A stretch of DNA of 63,309 bases, counting the filler, from Reclinomonas americana ATCC 50394 (Eukaryota), in assembly GCA_048213135.1 (NCBI GenBank). It is 5 parts of 2 records of this genome, joined end to end, with 100 filler letters (N's around TTAATTAATTAA, not from the genome) between each part and the next. Parts side by side here need not be neighbours in the genome. Positions count along the whole stretch, not along the records: positions 1 to 31,277 come from PS015043.1; 4 more parts are not named here. One strand, given 5' to 3'. Position numbers and translations under genes: made by a program. Positions 1-14,211 of this stretch are shown here, in pieces. Under the pieces are notes generated by a model, which was not told where the DNA came from, searched no databases, and saw nothing but the letters and a program-made list of their open reading frames with translations. The number at the start of each line of letters is the position of its first letter. Positions within the stretch are counted from its first letter, which is position 1.

Positions 1-484
1 TCTCTCGGCGCCAATGCCGACTCCTGGTTCCTGTATCCGCGAAGCAAGGGCGAGACGGAGCGCGATCTCACCATGCTGCACTTCCCCCACCTGTCGATTT
101 TCCGACCCTCGCTCCTGCTGGCCGAGCGCGAGGACAGACGTATCGTCGAGTGGGTCTCCCAGAAGACCGTGTTGCGTCGCGCTCGTGTCATACTTTTCTT
201 TGCTGATCGATTATCGCTGATGGCCGCCCGACAGTCCCTACCTCGGCGCGGCGCTCTTCTGGGGACCGCTGCGCAAATACCGTGCCATCCGCGTCGAGAC
301 GGTGGCGCGAGGAATTCGTGCTGACTTGGAGGAGCACCTGCCTGGCTTGCAGGCAGAGGAACAGGAGGGGTCTGCTGGGGAGCCGCAGGTGCGCATCATC
401 GACTCGGACACCATTGAAGTCATGGGCAGTGCGGGCTTGGAGGCCGATCAGGCCGACGAGGCCGCGGGTGAGGCGAGCAAGTGA
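1..484 (+). CDS. 3' part of HTATIP2/TIP30 (YraR/Fmp52-like) NAD(P)-binding oxidoreductase; exons <1-170 and 235-484
   Basis: Spliced translation SLGANADSWFLYPRSKGETERDL..FPHLSIFRPSLLLAEREDRRIVEW..V/PYLGAALFWGPLRKYRAIRVETVARGI..VRIIDSDTI resembles the family C-terminal motifs (GA..S.FLY...KGE.E, SIFRP..LL), recognised from memory. The 64-nt intron 171-234 restores the frame. Confidence 0.8.
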
Positions 485-639
485 TTTGGTGGGTTAGAGC
501 GGATGGATGGGCTTGAGGTGGTGAGGGGTGCGAAGCCTCAAAGAACACATGTGAGTTTTTGTTTTGGAGATTGTTACGAGAAAAAGAAACACGTCGACTG
601 CAATGTACAGTTGCCAATTAAAAAAACTATTGATGTTGA

Positions 640-3600
640 TCACATGCCGGTGCCGAAACGCCCTGCAGACTTCCCACTCTTGCCCTCAAAATTGTACGCG
701 CCCGGTCCTGCAGCACGACTGTGTCATTATTTTCCTCGCTCTCTCTCCCATGTGTTCATGCAGCGCGCGACAAACCTGGCGACGTGTCATCTCTCCTGGC
801 GGCAAATCGCTGTCCGATAGAGAATCCGCCCCTGCTGCCTAGTTTGGGTACCGCCGGCGAGTTCTCGGCGGCGTACTGACCGGGACCCGGTGCCGCCGAC
901 TCGCCCTTGGTTATTCTCGTCAGAATGCCCATGACGCCGCCCTTGGGTTTCTCCTGGTTGTCGTACCGATAGGCACCCTTTGACGAGAGACAGGGGCGTG
1001 AGTCAGCAGGAGGGTGAAGGAGCTCATGCACGTCAATGTGCGTACCGGTCCAGGCCCAGACGCTTCGGTCGGGATCGCCAGGCGTCCCCCGATGGTGAAG
1101 CCGCCAGTGGATTTCATCTTCGCATGCGCTTCGTGTGCTTCGTAGGCGGCTGTATGGCGAAGCACAGAGATGAGAATGTGCGTGCGAGAGCACACAAAGA
1201 GTGACGGAGAATAGAAGAGTGAATGTGTGAGAGAGGGAATAAGAGAGAGAGAGAGAGACACACACACACACACACACACAAAGAGACAGATCGACAGACA
1301 TAGCACAGACGAGTGAGAGACTGTGAGTGAGGTCGAGCTGCATTGCGAAGAGCGTGCCCGGTGCACATGCGCATGACAGCACAGTGTGACTCGTACTCGC
1401 TCACAACTTACCTGGCCCTGGAGAAGCGTCGCGAACCGCCTGCATACACCCGAATCAGAAACAAAGTCGCAGGTGGCACAGTAAACAACCCGCCTCTCAC
1501 CTCCGCAATTCGTTTGGCGATGGTGATGCCACCGGTGGCCAGCGTCGATTTCAGTTCATACGCACCTGAAGTAATTAACATGTCAACACAAACCAGCAAC
1601 TCCTATCGCCTGTGCACAGATCTATCCTCGCGTCTTTCCGTCACTCCGGTTCTCTTTCTCAGTCACTCTCGACATCTCATTTTGTTTCATTGTCATGTTC
1701 TCCGACACGTTTCACTCACTCACTCGTCGTCCTTCACTGTCACTCTCCATCCTTCTCTCCTTTCCTGTTCTCCATTTCATTCTTCTCTGCCAATTCCTGC
1801 ATCCCTCTCTCGATTTCACTTCTCTTCATCTGCTACTTCACTCTCTGTCTCATTTTATTCGGTCTCTGTCACCTCTCTCTTGATCACTTTCACTTTCGGT
1901 CCGTATCTATTTCTTGCTCTTCTCTTCATAATCTCTTTTCTCGTCTGCACATCCAGGATCACACGATCCGCATAGCTCGCTTCTCTTCTTGTTGTTCGCT
2001 TCAAGAATCTTTCTCTCCTGTTGTCTCTCTTCGTTTCTGCTCCTTCTCCCTTCCCCCCTTCCCGACCCTCCCCCACACGCACCTGGCCCCGGCGCCTTAT
2101 CCGAATCGCTCTTCTCCGCCGGCCGTTGTGCAATCGTCACACCACCCTGCGAGAGCGTCGTGCGATACTCGTACGCGCCTGAAAAATTCGAGGTAAGCAC
2201 TTATCCAGACTCTGTTCTCTCTAAATCTACTCTTACCTGGCCCAGGAGACCTCTCCGCATCCTTCTTCTCCGGCGCTCGCTGTGCAATAGTGTGCGCCGG
2301 CGACGGATAGCGCACCACTGGATTGTAGGCTCCGGGACCTGGCAGCTGATCTTGTGCCGCCGTCGTCTGTCGTGCAGAAAGAGAATCGTGTGAGATTACG
2401 TGGCATTCATCCCTCTTGCGAGCGTTGGCAACCTTGTCTATTCACGGTGCCTCTATAACACTCATATTCTTTCAGTGTGTTCAGCTTCACTCACTCTCAC
2501 CCACTCATTCACACTTTCTCTCACACTCAATAGCACTCGCTCACTCTCTTCGTTCCTCTTTCCCTTACTCCTTCTCTCTCACACATTGCACTCACTCCCG
2601 CCCTGTCTCCCCTCAAACTTCTCTCCTCTATCCCTCTCCTCACCCATGTCTCTCCATGTCTCCTCTCCATTGCTTCTTCTTTCCGTCCGTCTTGCATGTC
2701 ACTTTCTGTCTCGCTCAAACTACCTAACCGACTGCATCTTTCCCTAACTCTCCCTCACTCCCTTCCCTCTCTCACTCATTGCGCTCACTCCCGCCCTCTC
2801 TCCCCTCAAACTTCTCTCCTCTATCCTTCTCCTCACCTCTCCCCTCCATTGCTTCTTCTTTCCGTCCGTCTTGCATGTCACTTTCTCTCTCACTCACTCA
2901 CTAATTCACTCACACTACCTGACCCGCCGCAATTACTCGCTCACTCACTCACTCTCACTCTTTCACGCACTCAGTCACTCACTGCACTCACTCCTTCCCA
3001 CTCTCTCCTCTCACACACATATTTACAGCACTCTGCGCTCATACACTCACTCACTCACTGCCCTTTCTGCCTTCTCAAACTTCTCTTCCTTGTCCCTCTC
3101 CTTTCGCATGTCTCTCCCATGTCTCCCCTAGATTTGCCGCTTCTTTTCCCTTCTTCTGCTGTGTCACTTTCTCTCTCACGCACTCCCGCTCCCTCACCCA
3201 CTGCAATCACTCTCTCTCTCTCTCTCTCTCTCCCCACCTCCTTCTCTCCTTGCCCTTTCCCCCATCCCCCTTCCCCTTTCCTTCCCCCTTTCTCCCCACC
3301 TCCTTCCACCTCCCCTGGATGGTAACGCCGGCATTGCGCGACTGCTCATGATACTCATACTGCCCTGGTCCTGGCAAGTCGGCGGCNNNNNNNNNNNNNN
3401 NNNNNNNNNNNNNNNNNNNNNNNNNNNNNNNNNNNNNNNNNNNNNNNNNNNNNNNNNNNNNNNNNNNNNNNNNNNNNNNNNNNNNNNNNNNNNNNNNNNN
3501 NNNNNNNNNNNNNNNNNNNNNNNNNNNNNNNNNNNNNNNNNNNNNNNNNNNNNNNNNNNNNNNNNNNNNNNNNNNNNNNNNNNNNNNNNNNNNNNNNNNN

Positions 3601-6292
3601 NNNNNNNNNNNNNNNNNNNNNNNNNNNNNNNNNNNNNNNNNNNNNNNNNNNNNNNNNNNNNNNNNNNNNNNNNNNNNNNNNNNNNNNNNNNNNNNNNNNN
3701 NNNNNNNNNNNNNNNNNNNNNNNNNNNNNNNNNNNNNNNNNNNNNNNNNNNNNNNNNNNNNNNNNNNNNNNNNNNNNNNNNNNNNNNNNNNNNNNNNNNN
3801 NNNNNNNNNNNNNNNNNNNNNNNNNNNNNNNNNNNNNNNNNNNNNNNNNNNNNNNNNNNNNNNNNNNNNNNNNNNNNNNNNNNNNNNNNNNNNNNNNNNA
3901 GCTGTGCGCTCCGGCGGTCGGTGTGCCATGGTGAACGCGGGACCAGCGCGTTTGAGGTCTTGCGGTGAGTAGGCACCTTCACACACTCTCGAGAGTCAAC
4001 ACATGCATTCCCCTCTGCACACGAATCAAAGCACCAACGCACCTGGTCCGGGAATGGTGGCTGCACCAGTGGCCTCGCTGGCGATGGCATATCGTGACGC
4101 AATGGTCCACTGTGGCGACGCAGAGCGCAGACCGCGGCCAGGATCGTAGGTTCCTATTAGGATGTGCCATGAGGTCTTTTCTCCTTAAACACAAACACAC
4201 TCATAAACAATACCTGGACCGGGCTGTGGTTCTTGCGCAGACGCCTGCCCATCAATTGCTACGTGAGAGAGAGAAGCGGAGGAGGCAGAGAGTTCGAAAC
4301 GAGACAACGCACCGCCTCTTTCCATCGCTGGCCAATCGTAAACGCCTTGCCGGGTGACGTATCTGACACCTTGTACGCACCTGCAAACGATTTGGTGTTC
4401 AGATCACAACTTTTCCCAAAATACACCAGCCTTTGCAATACAAACACACCTGGTCCCGGAATGGTGTCCACCTGGCGCTCCTCGTAGCGCTGCGCAATGG
4501 TAAAGGCCGGAGCATTGCTTCGATCCTGTGGTGCGTAGGCCCCTGGTCCTGGCAGATTCTCCGTGGAGGTTTCCTGCCAGCGACCGAGCACGAGCGCGCC
4601 GCGAGTTGACATTTGGCTGTACTGCTTGTAAGCACCGGGTCCTGCACACCGGCGCGAGTGATGAGTACAATCTCTTCTTCCTGTCTACTTCTTTTTTTCA
4701 TCCCCCAACCCACCAGGACTCTCGCCAGCCTCGTGCTCCTTCAGGCGCTGGCCAATGGTGAACTCTGGTCCATGATCCTTTGGCGCGTACATGTACGCTC
4801 CTGTCCCCCATACACACTTCAGCGCCACGTGCACGGTTAGACAATCACCAAGCACAAAACACACACCTGGTCCTGGTCCTTCAGGTACACCCTCCTGCGA
4901 TTTCAGCCGCTGTCCGATGGTCCATTGCGGTAGGTGATGCAGGTGCGAGTCACCGGGGTTGTAGGCACCTGGCGTATAAACGTGAGTATGGCTGGCTGCC
5001 CACTTCTTCTCATGGTCTTCATCACACACGACGCACCAGGTGCCGGAGTCTGATTGTTGCCGCTCGAGTCTGTCGGTCGGCCCACCAGGGTTGCCGACGG
5101 CGCGTGCGAGTGCGTGGAAGGATTGTAGTCGGCCGGTCCTGGACCAGCGCGCGTCTCAGAGCTGCTGAGCCGCTCGGCAATGGTCCATGCCGGCGCTGCG
5201 TGCAGATTGCTGCCAGTGGGATTGTATTCACCTGTGAACGGGATGGTCAGCGTTGCTGACACTGACGACGATGACAGACTCTCTTGAACAAGATACGAAC
5301 CGGGTGCGGGCGTCTTTTGCGTTGTCGCCTCTTGCCACCGCGAGGCAATCGTGTACGCAGGCCCAGACATGCCCTCCGGCAGCGAGTACTCTGCCGGGCC
5401 TGGAGTGGCAGCACTGGTGGCTTGCGAGAATCGTTGACCAATGGTGAAGGCCGGAGCGCTGGCACGATTCGCATCTGACGCCTGGTACTCGGCTGGACCG
5501 GGAGTGACGGCCACATTGCTCGACTGCGACCACCGACTGGCCATCGTGAATGCCACACTCGATCGCATCTCCGGCAGCATGTACGCCGCTGGACCTGGTG
5601 TGTCGGTGGCGCCGCTCGACGCAGACAGGCGTTCTCCCATTGTGAAGGCCGGGGCGCGCGCACCCATCGAGTCCGACACGGTGTAATCGGCCGGACCCGG
5701 CATCTTATCAGGAGGTGCTTGCTCCAGACGGCCAGCAATGGTGAATGCGGGATGCCTTCTCTCCTCAGGCAACGTGTACGCGGCCGGACCTGCATCGAGA
5801 CATTCAGCGGAGGCAGGCACTGGGACGACGAAAGCTCTCCTCCATCTCCATTTCCAAACCTGGAGTTGTCGATGGCTGCGCGGCCGCATGTCGCTCGCCA
5901 AGAGTGAACGACGGGGCGCGACGACCAGTCGGATCGTGTACAAGATAGGCGGCTGGCCCGGGAGTATCCGACTGGTTAGATGCAGCCGCCAGACGCTCGC
6001 CAATGGTGAACGCAGGTCCATGTGGTCCCTCAGGCAGCAAGTATGCCGCCGGGCCTGCATCAGGTATTCACATTCAGCTCACACCACCTTCTCCCTCTCC
6101 CTCTCTCTCTCTCTCTCTCAGCTGCAGTCATNNNNNNNNNNNNNNNNNNNNNNNNNNNNNNNNNNNNNNNNNNNNNNTTCGGTCGGTTCCCCTCCGACGG
6201 ACGACGACGAACGTTAGTCGCCCGGGCCCGGCCGTCGCTACTACGTAGTTACTACTACTACTACTACGCTCACCACCTACCTCCTCCTCCTC

Positions 6293-6330
<38 letters not shown>

Positions 6331-9300
6331 TTCCGCCAACCTGGTGTATCAGCATTCGTCGGCCGTGTAGACTCATGACGCTGACCCATGGTAAACGCCG
6401 GACCGTGAGGAGCGAGTGAGGCGCTGAGAGAGTAGTCCGCGGGACCTGGCAGCTGCTCCGGTGGCACATCACGCCACCGCTGGCCAATGGTGAACGCCGG
6501 ATGACGACGCTCGTCGGGAATCAGATAGGCAGCCGGACCTGCATGGAATCGATGAGAAGAGCACAAGAAGCAGCGGTGGGAGAAAGGAGGAGCAGCGCAG
6601 TGAAACCTGGTGTGTCTGAGTTGGTGCCCGTCGGCAGATTCCACCGCCCGCCAATTGTGAACGCCGGACCGTGCGGCCCGGTGGGATCGTTTGCCATGTA
6701 GTCAGCGGGACCAGGTGCCTGCTCCGGCGGCGCGTCACGCCATCGTTGTCCGATCGTGAATGCCGGTCGTCGCTTCTCGTCGGGAATGAGGTACGCCGCC
6801 GGACCTGAGACAGCTTGTTAGAAGCCTGGGAGTCGATGGGGAAATGGTGCGGCACGTGATCAGCGTACCGGGATTGTCGGCATTGGAGGGCGCCAACAGT
6901 TCGTGTCGGCTCCCCATGGTGAATGCTGGTGCATTGGCACCCAGTGCATCGGCGTTGCTGTAGTCGGCGGGACCAGGTGTGGGATCGGCAGCAGCGTCAC
7001 GCCACCGCTGGCCAATGGTGAAGGCCGGATGCCGTCTCTCGTCGGGAATCAAGTAGGCCGCAGGACCTAACGAGAAGAACAATCAGCGAAGCGGAACTCA
7101 CCATCAGTCAACATAATATACGCAACCTGGCGTCTCCGTGTTGGTGCCGTCGGGAATGTCGTGGCGACTGGCAATCGTGAATGCTGGGCCGTTCGGGAAC
7201 GAGTTGGGCAAGAGATATGCGCCCTGTGCGGCGATTGTTGGTGTGAGAAAGCGATCGCATCTCTCGCGGGATGCAGACAACATGCACTCACAGGACCCGG
7301 CTGCTGCTCCGGTGGTGCATCTTTCGCTCGACCTTGAATGGAGAAGGCTGGTCCTTTCTGCGCAGCACAACGAAGACTCAGATGCACATTACTGCAAGTA
7401 TCGCGAATCAAGGTCCGACGCAACAGACAAGTCTCCAGGATTGTACGCCGCCTGCACAGGGAGGGGAGCAAGCACTGTGAGCATCGATAGACAGTGGCGC
7501 TGCGACAAGAAAAAGACGCAACTGGACCGGGATTGTTGTCGCCTTGCGGTGGCTCGTGGCGCCCGGTGATGGTGGCACTCGGACCGCGGGACGCGTCGCC
7601 AAGAGTGTACGCCCCCGGACCAGGACCGTCGGTGGCCACCACCGAGGTGTCTCGTCGTTGTTGGATGGTCCAGAACGGTCCCACCTGTATCCCACCAAAT
7701 GAGATACACATACTGCTGCACAACACTCTCTCTGGTCACGGAAACACACCGGCGGCAACTCAGGGGCGTAGTCGGCCTGCGTGGGTAGAGCGATGATTAA
7801 GAACACGAATATATCTCCCACGTTAAGGAGCAGATGATGATCTTCTTCGCACCGGTCCTGGCAACTTGGTGCTCTCACTAGCCTGCTCGTGTCGACCAAG
7901 CAAGACGGCACTGGGAGCGCGACGGAAGGTGCTGTCACCCGACGAGTAGGCACCTGCACCAGGCAGGTCATTCATGAGATAGAGGTGCGCAAGCAACGGG
8001 TCGTTGTCAATGCCGCACCTGGTCCGGGTCCATCGTGAGCCTCCACACTGTCACGCGACTTGTGAGGAATCGACCAGAATGGTCCCTGCGGCGGCAACTC
8101 CGGTGCATAATCCGCCTGCATTCACGCGTACACACAATCACAAAAACTGCGTCCAGAGAACGCCGAACGGTTCGCCAAGTGTGTCTCACCGGCCCAGGAG
8201 CACGCTGCTGTTCCGTACTCGCGTGGCGCTGTTGGATTGTGAATGCAGGCGCAGATGAGGGAAGTCGCGGGTCGTACGCTGCGGGTCCAGGAGTGACAGA
8301 CGCCCGTGCCTCCGCGTAGCGACTGGCGATGGTCCATGCAGGTGTGTGTGAAGCAGGCAAGTTTACAGAGTATGCAGCCTGCACGGGAAGGTGAGCATCA
8401 ATCATATCACGGAATAGCAAGTGAAACCACGCACCGGTCCTGGTGTAATGTCGGCCTCTGGCAGCTTGGTGCGATAGGCAATCGACACGGCAGGTGCGCG
8501 GCGGAATGTGCTGTCGCCCGGAACATAGTCCGCTGTGCAGATCACAGAGAGCGAGAGATAAGCGATGCGGGAAGAGGGAATGCGATTGAACAAGGACACT
8601 TTCTACGGCACCTGGACCAGGACCCTGCGCTGCGATCGAGTCGGTGGACTTGCCAAGCATCGTCCACTTTGGTGCATTCTGGTCGCAGTTGATGTCAGCC
8701 ACGCACGCATATACACACACACACACACGCATACACACATACAGAGAGAGAGAGAGGGAGGGAGGAAGAGAGAAATGCGTAGATTCTGGATTTCCCTGTT
8801 CTATCTCCTCTCTTCCCCCTCCTTTCCTCTCAGTCCCAAACTCAACAGAAGGCAAGTGTGGATCATATGCAGCCTGCAAATGGACAACATATCAGCGCAT
8901 CGCCCAACGCAGAAATAAGAAGGTTGCTGCTCTGTCGAAAAAACGCACCGGTCCTGGCGTTCGACTCGGCTCTGCAGAGCGCGGACGGTGCTGAATGCTG
9001 AAGCGCGGCGCCGATCGACGAACAGGGGAGTCATTGATGGCATAGTCGGCAGGCCCAGGCATGTCGTCGGCTCGTCGCTCGTGGTAACGCCTTTGAATGG
9101 TGAACAGCGGTCCTTTCTGTCGTACACGCAAGTGAGAACCGAGGAGTGCGATTCCGCGAAGTGCATGACTCGAAAACAACGCACAGCCATTGGAGACACT
9201 GAGTATGCTCCAGGTCCTGCGCGAAATCGGGAGGGAGTGAGCGTGAATCCTCAATCGCTTCGACAAATACAAAGCACGGACGCACCGGGGGTTCTTGACG

Positions 9301-12300
9301 GCGGCGCCGAGCTCGGTCGCTGCGCAATCGAGTGTGCTGGTGCGGAACGGCGAACGGGAGTGAGCGACACATTGTACGCCGCTGGCCCAGGTCCATTGCC
9401 CTCGATGCGTTCCTTGCGACGACCGGCAATGGTTACGCCGCCAGAACTCTTGGGAACAGCCGGTGAATATGCAGCGGGTCCTGGGCTGTCGTCGCGCGCC
9501 GGGGAACTGAAGCGTTGCGCCATCGAGAACTTGGGACCCGACTTTTTCGTCGACAATGCGTGGTCACGCGGAGCGTATGAAGACTGCGCGTGTACAAATG
9601 AGTCATGAAGGAGAACGCGAGGTCAATTATTCAATCATGCCGACAAACCGGTCCTGCAGCCATCAATCAAACATGCATGAGAACGTCATCACACGAAAAT
9701 TGAGGGTCAGTGAGAACTCACCAGGAGCTCGATGCACGGGTGCCGAGGCCGGTCGAGAAGCAATCGTGAATGCCGGTCCAGAAGACTTGTCCTTGACTGC
9801 GTACGCGGCCTACAGAGTCACACATGGTGAGATCGAAGGAACCTCGCAGCAGCAGCAAGTCAAGATGACGCACAGGTCCGGGAGTCTGCTCGATTCGTTG
9901 CGCACGACGGCTGCTTGCCATGGTCCACTCGGGGAAGTGCATCCGGTTGGAAGACGTACGATCGCGTGGGTTGTACTCGGACTGCATCAGAGAAAGTGAG
10001 TTGCAAAACGACAGAATGCGATAGATGCGGACACGCATTCTCACCGGTCCTGCATCGCAGAAGGAGCATGTCAGAAAAAGAAAAGTCAACAGAAGCAGGT
10101 GTGCACACACTTACCAGGAAGACGCTCGCGCGGGGCTGACTGAGACCGCCCAGCAATAGTGTGCGCAGGAGCACGCGGGTGCATTGATGAGAATCGCGCA
10201 TCGGGCGAGTACATGCCAGGCCCGACAGCCGAGGTCTCGTCCGGAAGATCGTGGCGACCAGGCATGGTCCACGCTGGTTGCGACCGATGGGCCGACGACA
10301 TGCGATCATTGGGCATGTATCCACCGGGTCCAGGACCATCGGGGCGCGCCTGCAACGGGTCACCCAAGCGCATACCGATTGTCCACGACGCAGCGAGCGG
10401 GTGCTGCGATACCATACGATCTTGCACATTGTATGCAGCCGGTCCCGGTCCGGCAGTGGTGTACGCACCGTCGTCGTCTGCTCGTCCAGGCATGGTCCAC
10501 GCCGGTGGCGCAGGGAACTTGGAGGAACGGCCATCTGACGGTCGGTAATTGCCCTGCGTGGCGGCATTGGTGAGCACATGAGGAAGGCATTGAAGACAGA
10601 GAGTTGCATGCCGCTCCATACCGGTCCTGCACAAATATGCGACGTTAGTTTCCTCAACATAACAAGGATGACAGAAGCGTTGATTTTCGTACCTGGCGTG
10701 GCGTCTGCCGGCAGGTCGTGATATCGACCCTGCATGCTGTACATGGGACCGCGACCTGGTGCTGGTAGCGAGTAGTGCGCAGGTCCTGATATACGAGGTT
10801 GCACACAGTCAGCGGTGAGATGCAGGCAATGCAGTGAAGTGGAAATGAAATCGACTGACCAGGGCCAGGAAGCCATTCGGCTTCGGCATAGCGCTGACCA
10901 ATCGTATACGCTGGTCCAGAGGGGTGCTGCGACAGGTGCCGCGGATCGCCGCTGTACATGCCCTGCAATCAGAAGCAAAAAAAGTGAGTCACCAGCGCCG
11001 CGCATCACTGACATCACTCGGTGAATCACCGGTCCTGCACAGAGAAGATGAGCCGAAAACCGAAGGGGAAGCGTGAAGGAACAACCAAGCGTAACACGCA
11101 CCAGGAGTCATTGGCGGAGCACTCTGGTCGTATCGGCCAGCAATCGTGAACGCTGGCCCACGAGACAGCTCCGGGAGAGTTACCGAGCCCTGAATCGATA
11201 CCTGTCAACTCTTTTTTCTTCCAACACGCGAGGAGAGATTGGAGGTACACACACCGGTCCAGGCATGGAGGTCGGTTCGTGCCCTTCACCGCGGCCAGGC
11301 ATGGACCAAGCGGGTGCAGCTGGATGCGTTGAATCGCGCACATCTGACGGTCGGTAGTCACTCTGCACGCACGATAAAGCAACACAAATGAGCATCATCT
11401 CCAAAGAGAGACAATAATATACGATCGCACCGGTCCTGGCACCAAGAAACCAAGTCAGCATTCTGGGGCGAAAAAAACACCATTCACCAAGAGACACATA
11501 CCGGGTGACGCCTGTCGCGGAGGTGCACTGCGCGGGCGACTGGACATGGTGAACTCCGGTGCGCGTGGTCCGCGCATGCCAGGCGAGTATGCTCCCGGTC
11601 CTGCGAGCGCCGATTAATAAAACATGAGCTCGCTTTCGCAACAATACAGCGCACAAACCTGGCGTGCCGGCCATCAGTGCCTCCTCGTACCGACTGGCAA
11701 TGGTGTAGGCCGGTGCCATGGGTCGTGTGGACAGTGTGCCGTCGTGCACCGAATATGCTCCCTGGAAGCATAGGAAGTGAGCGTTACGTGAGAGACGGGG
11801 TCAAGTGGGATGATGCTGCACAAACCGGGCCTGCGATGGGGAGAAAGTGAGCGAGAGAGGTCAAAGCAGAACGAGAGCAGGGAGAAATCTCACCGGGGTT
11901 GTCCGGCGGTGACGATGACGGCAGTCGTGCGCCCATGACGTGCGCCTGACCACGATCGGTTGCCGGCAGTGTGTACGCACCCTGCGTGTCAAACGATTAG
12001 CAAACAATAATCATCACAGCATCAAGCCATGTGTCACGCAACGGGTCCCGGAGCAGGATGCTCGTCACGAGAAGGGTAGCGACCGGCAATCGAGTATGCA
12101 GGCGCATTGGGGTGCACGGCGAGAACGCGATCGTTGCCATCGTATGCAGCCTGTGAGGCGATCATCAATGATATTGCAGTTTGCGTCGCCCCTGCACAAA
12201 AAACGTTGACAAACCGGTCCTGGTGTTGGCTCTTGTGCAGCATCGTGATGACGTCCCTGGATGGAGAACCGCGGAGCCAACTTGCGAATAATGGCCTCGA

Positions 12301-14164
12301 CAATGTGGTAGTGAGCGGGACCTGGCGTCGAGATGCTGCGAGCAGCCTCCTGTCGCTGACCTATGGTAAACGCAGGTCCCTGTGGACCGGTTGGAGTCGA
12401 ATAAGCTCCCTGATCGAGGACGGTGAGACAGCGACTGAGATTAGAAACATCGAGTGCACGAACCGGTCCAGGCGACATCGAACGCTCTTGCGGTTCGGGA
12501 TGGCGACCGGCGATCGTGACTCCGTGTACCGCAGGTGAGTGTGGACTGTACGCGCCCTGTGGAGGAAACGAGCGATCAGCACAAACACCTTGGGTAGTGA
12601 CGTGCCGAGAACGAGTACGAACCGGACCAGGAGTTGCCTGTCGATCCGAAGCAGCCTCTTCGCGCCTCGGTACAATCGAGTACGCCGGAGCAGTTGGGTT
12701 TGTCGATAACCTGCCATCGTCGCTGGTGTAGGCACCCTGCATGTAGCTTGATTAAGCTCGAGGACAGAAGACGGATTTGAGTCGCAGCCACGAACCGGTC
12801 CCGGTTGCGCGCTGTCGGTGTCAGACGAGGCGGGATGGCGCGACTGAATGCTCCACGACGGAGCGTTTGGATGCTGCGAGTCCATGCGCTGCTGTGGATT
12901 GTATGAACCCTGTGCAACAGGCAGCGCAGAATGAGTCGCCAAACACACGCCTCGGCAACCAGTGACCGCCACTTACCGGTCCTGGTGATGCTGATCTGTC
13001 CTGTGGATCAGGCGATTGTGGGTGGCGCGACTGCAAGCTGAATGCGGGGGCGGTCGGATGCTGTGAGTCCATGCGCTGCTGCGGGTTGTATGCGCCCTAC
13101 AAAAGACGGTGATCTGCGTGAGTGCAATACGAGAAAAGGGACGCTGCGCCCGACGAACCGGTCCCGGCGCTGCAGATCCGTCTGGCGCGTCCGACGACTG
13201 AGGGTGTCGCGACTGAATGCTCCACGCTGGAACATTTGGATGCTGTGAATCGGTGCGCTGTTGTGGAGTGTATGCTCCCTGCGTGTGACAGGAAACGGTT
13301 AGAATCGCCATCTGCAGGAGAAAATGACGTCCACACAAACCGGTCCTGCGCCGAGGAATACACACAGTAAGCATTCAGAACACAGGCAGCAGAAACAATA
13401 GACGGCACGCGCACAAACACATACCAGGTGACGAATCGCCGACTCCGCGAGGAACACTGGCAGATCGGCCGCTGATCGAGTACGCAGGCGCAGCACGACG
13501 AACAGGTGACACGTCGGCATTGTATGCACCCTGCACGTGATGCCAAGTAAGCGACATGCAGCAATGGGGCGGTACTGACAGCAAACAGACACACCGGTGC
13601 AGGCGTCCCTTGTTCCTCGCGCGGCTGCGCATGTCGTTCACCAATCGTCCACCGTGGCACCGTTGACTGCATGAGCTCCACGTTAACATTGTGCGCGCCT
13701 GGTCCCGGAGTCGGCTCGTGCCGACCGTCAGCCGACAATGGTCGAGTGCCCATGGTAAATGCTGGCGCATTTGGATGCCGGGAGGAGCTGTCGACTTGAG
13801 AATTGTATTGACCCTGCATCCACGAGTGAGCTGATGAAGTAGAAGTAAATGTGTGAGCATGTGCGCAACTGGGGCAGGCGTTGGCTGTGGATTGAACAAT
13901 GATGGAGGTCGACCAGCGATGGAGTGTGCCGGTGGGGTGGGGTTGCGCGATGACACGCGATCGTTGACAGAATATGTGCCCTGCGTCGTAGAGAAAGGAA
14001 GGGGGACACAGAGGCAAAGATGAGGCACGAGATAGAGAGAGAAGGTATGGGGAGGGGGACTGGGAGAGAGAATAAAGAGATGGGGTGGCAGAGAAAGAAG
14101 GAAATGGGGAATGAGAAGGGGGCACTGGGAAATAACAGAGGCAACAGTGAGGCAGAAAGGGGGC

Positions 14165-14211
<47 letters not shown>

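Noticed and set aside
1343-3325. Long Leu/Ser/His-rich ORFs, also at 29110-30780, 37988-38691 and 46861-47714
   Set aside because: Translations of intronic CT/GA/CA microsatellite tracts; not coding.
6178-6300. Odd sequence of short stuttering words (ACGACGACG, TACTACTAC) next to a gap
   Set aside because: It reads as a garbled copy of 6021-6120, typical of a de-phased pyrosequencing read end; artefact.
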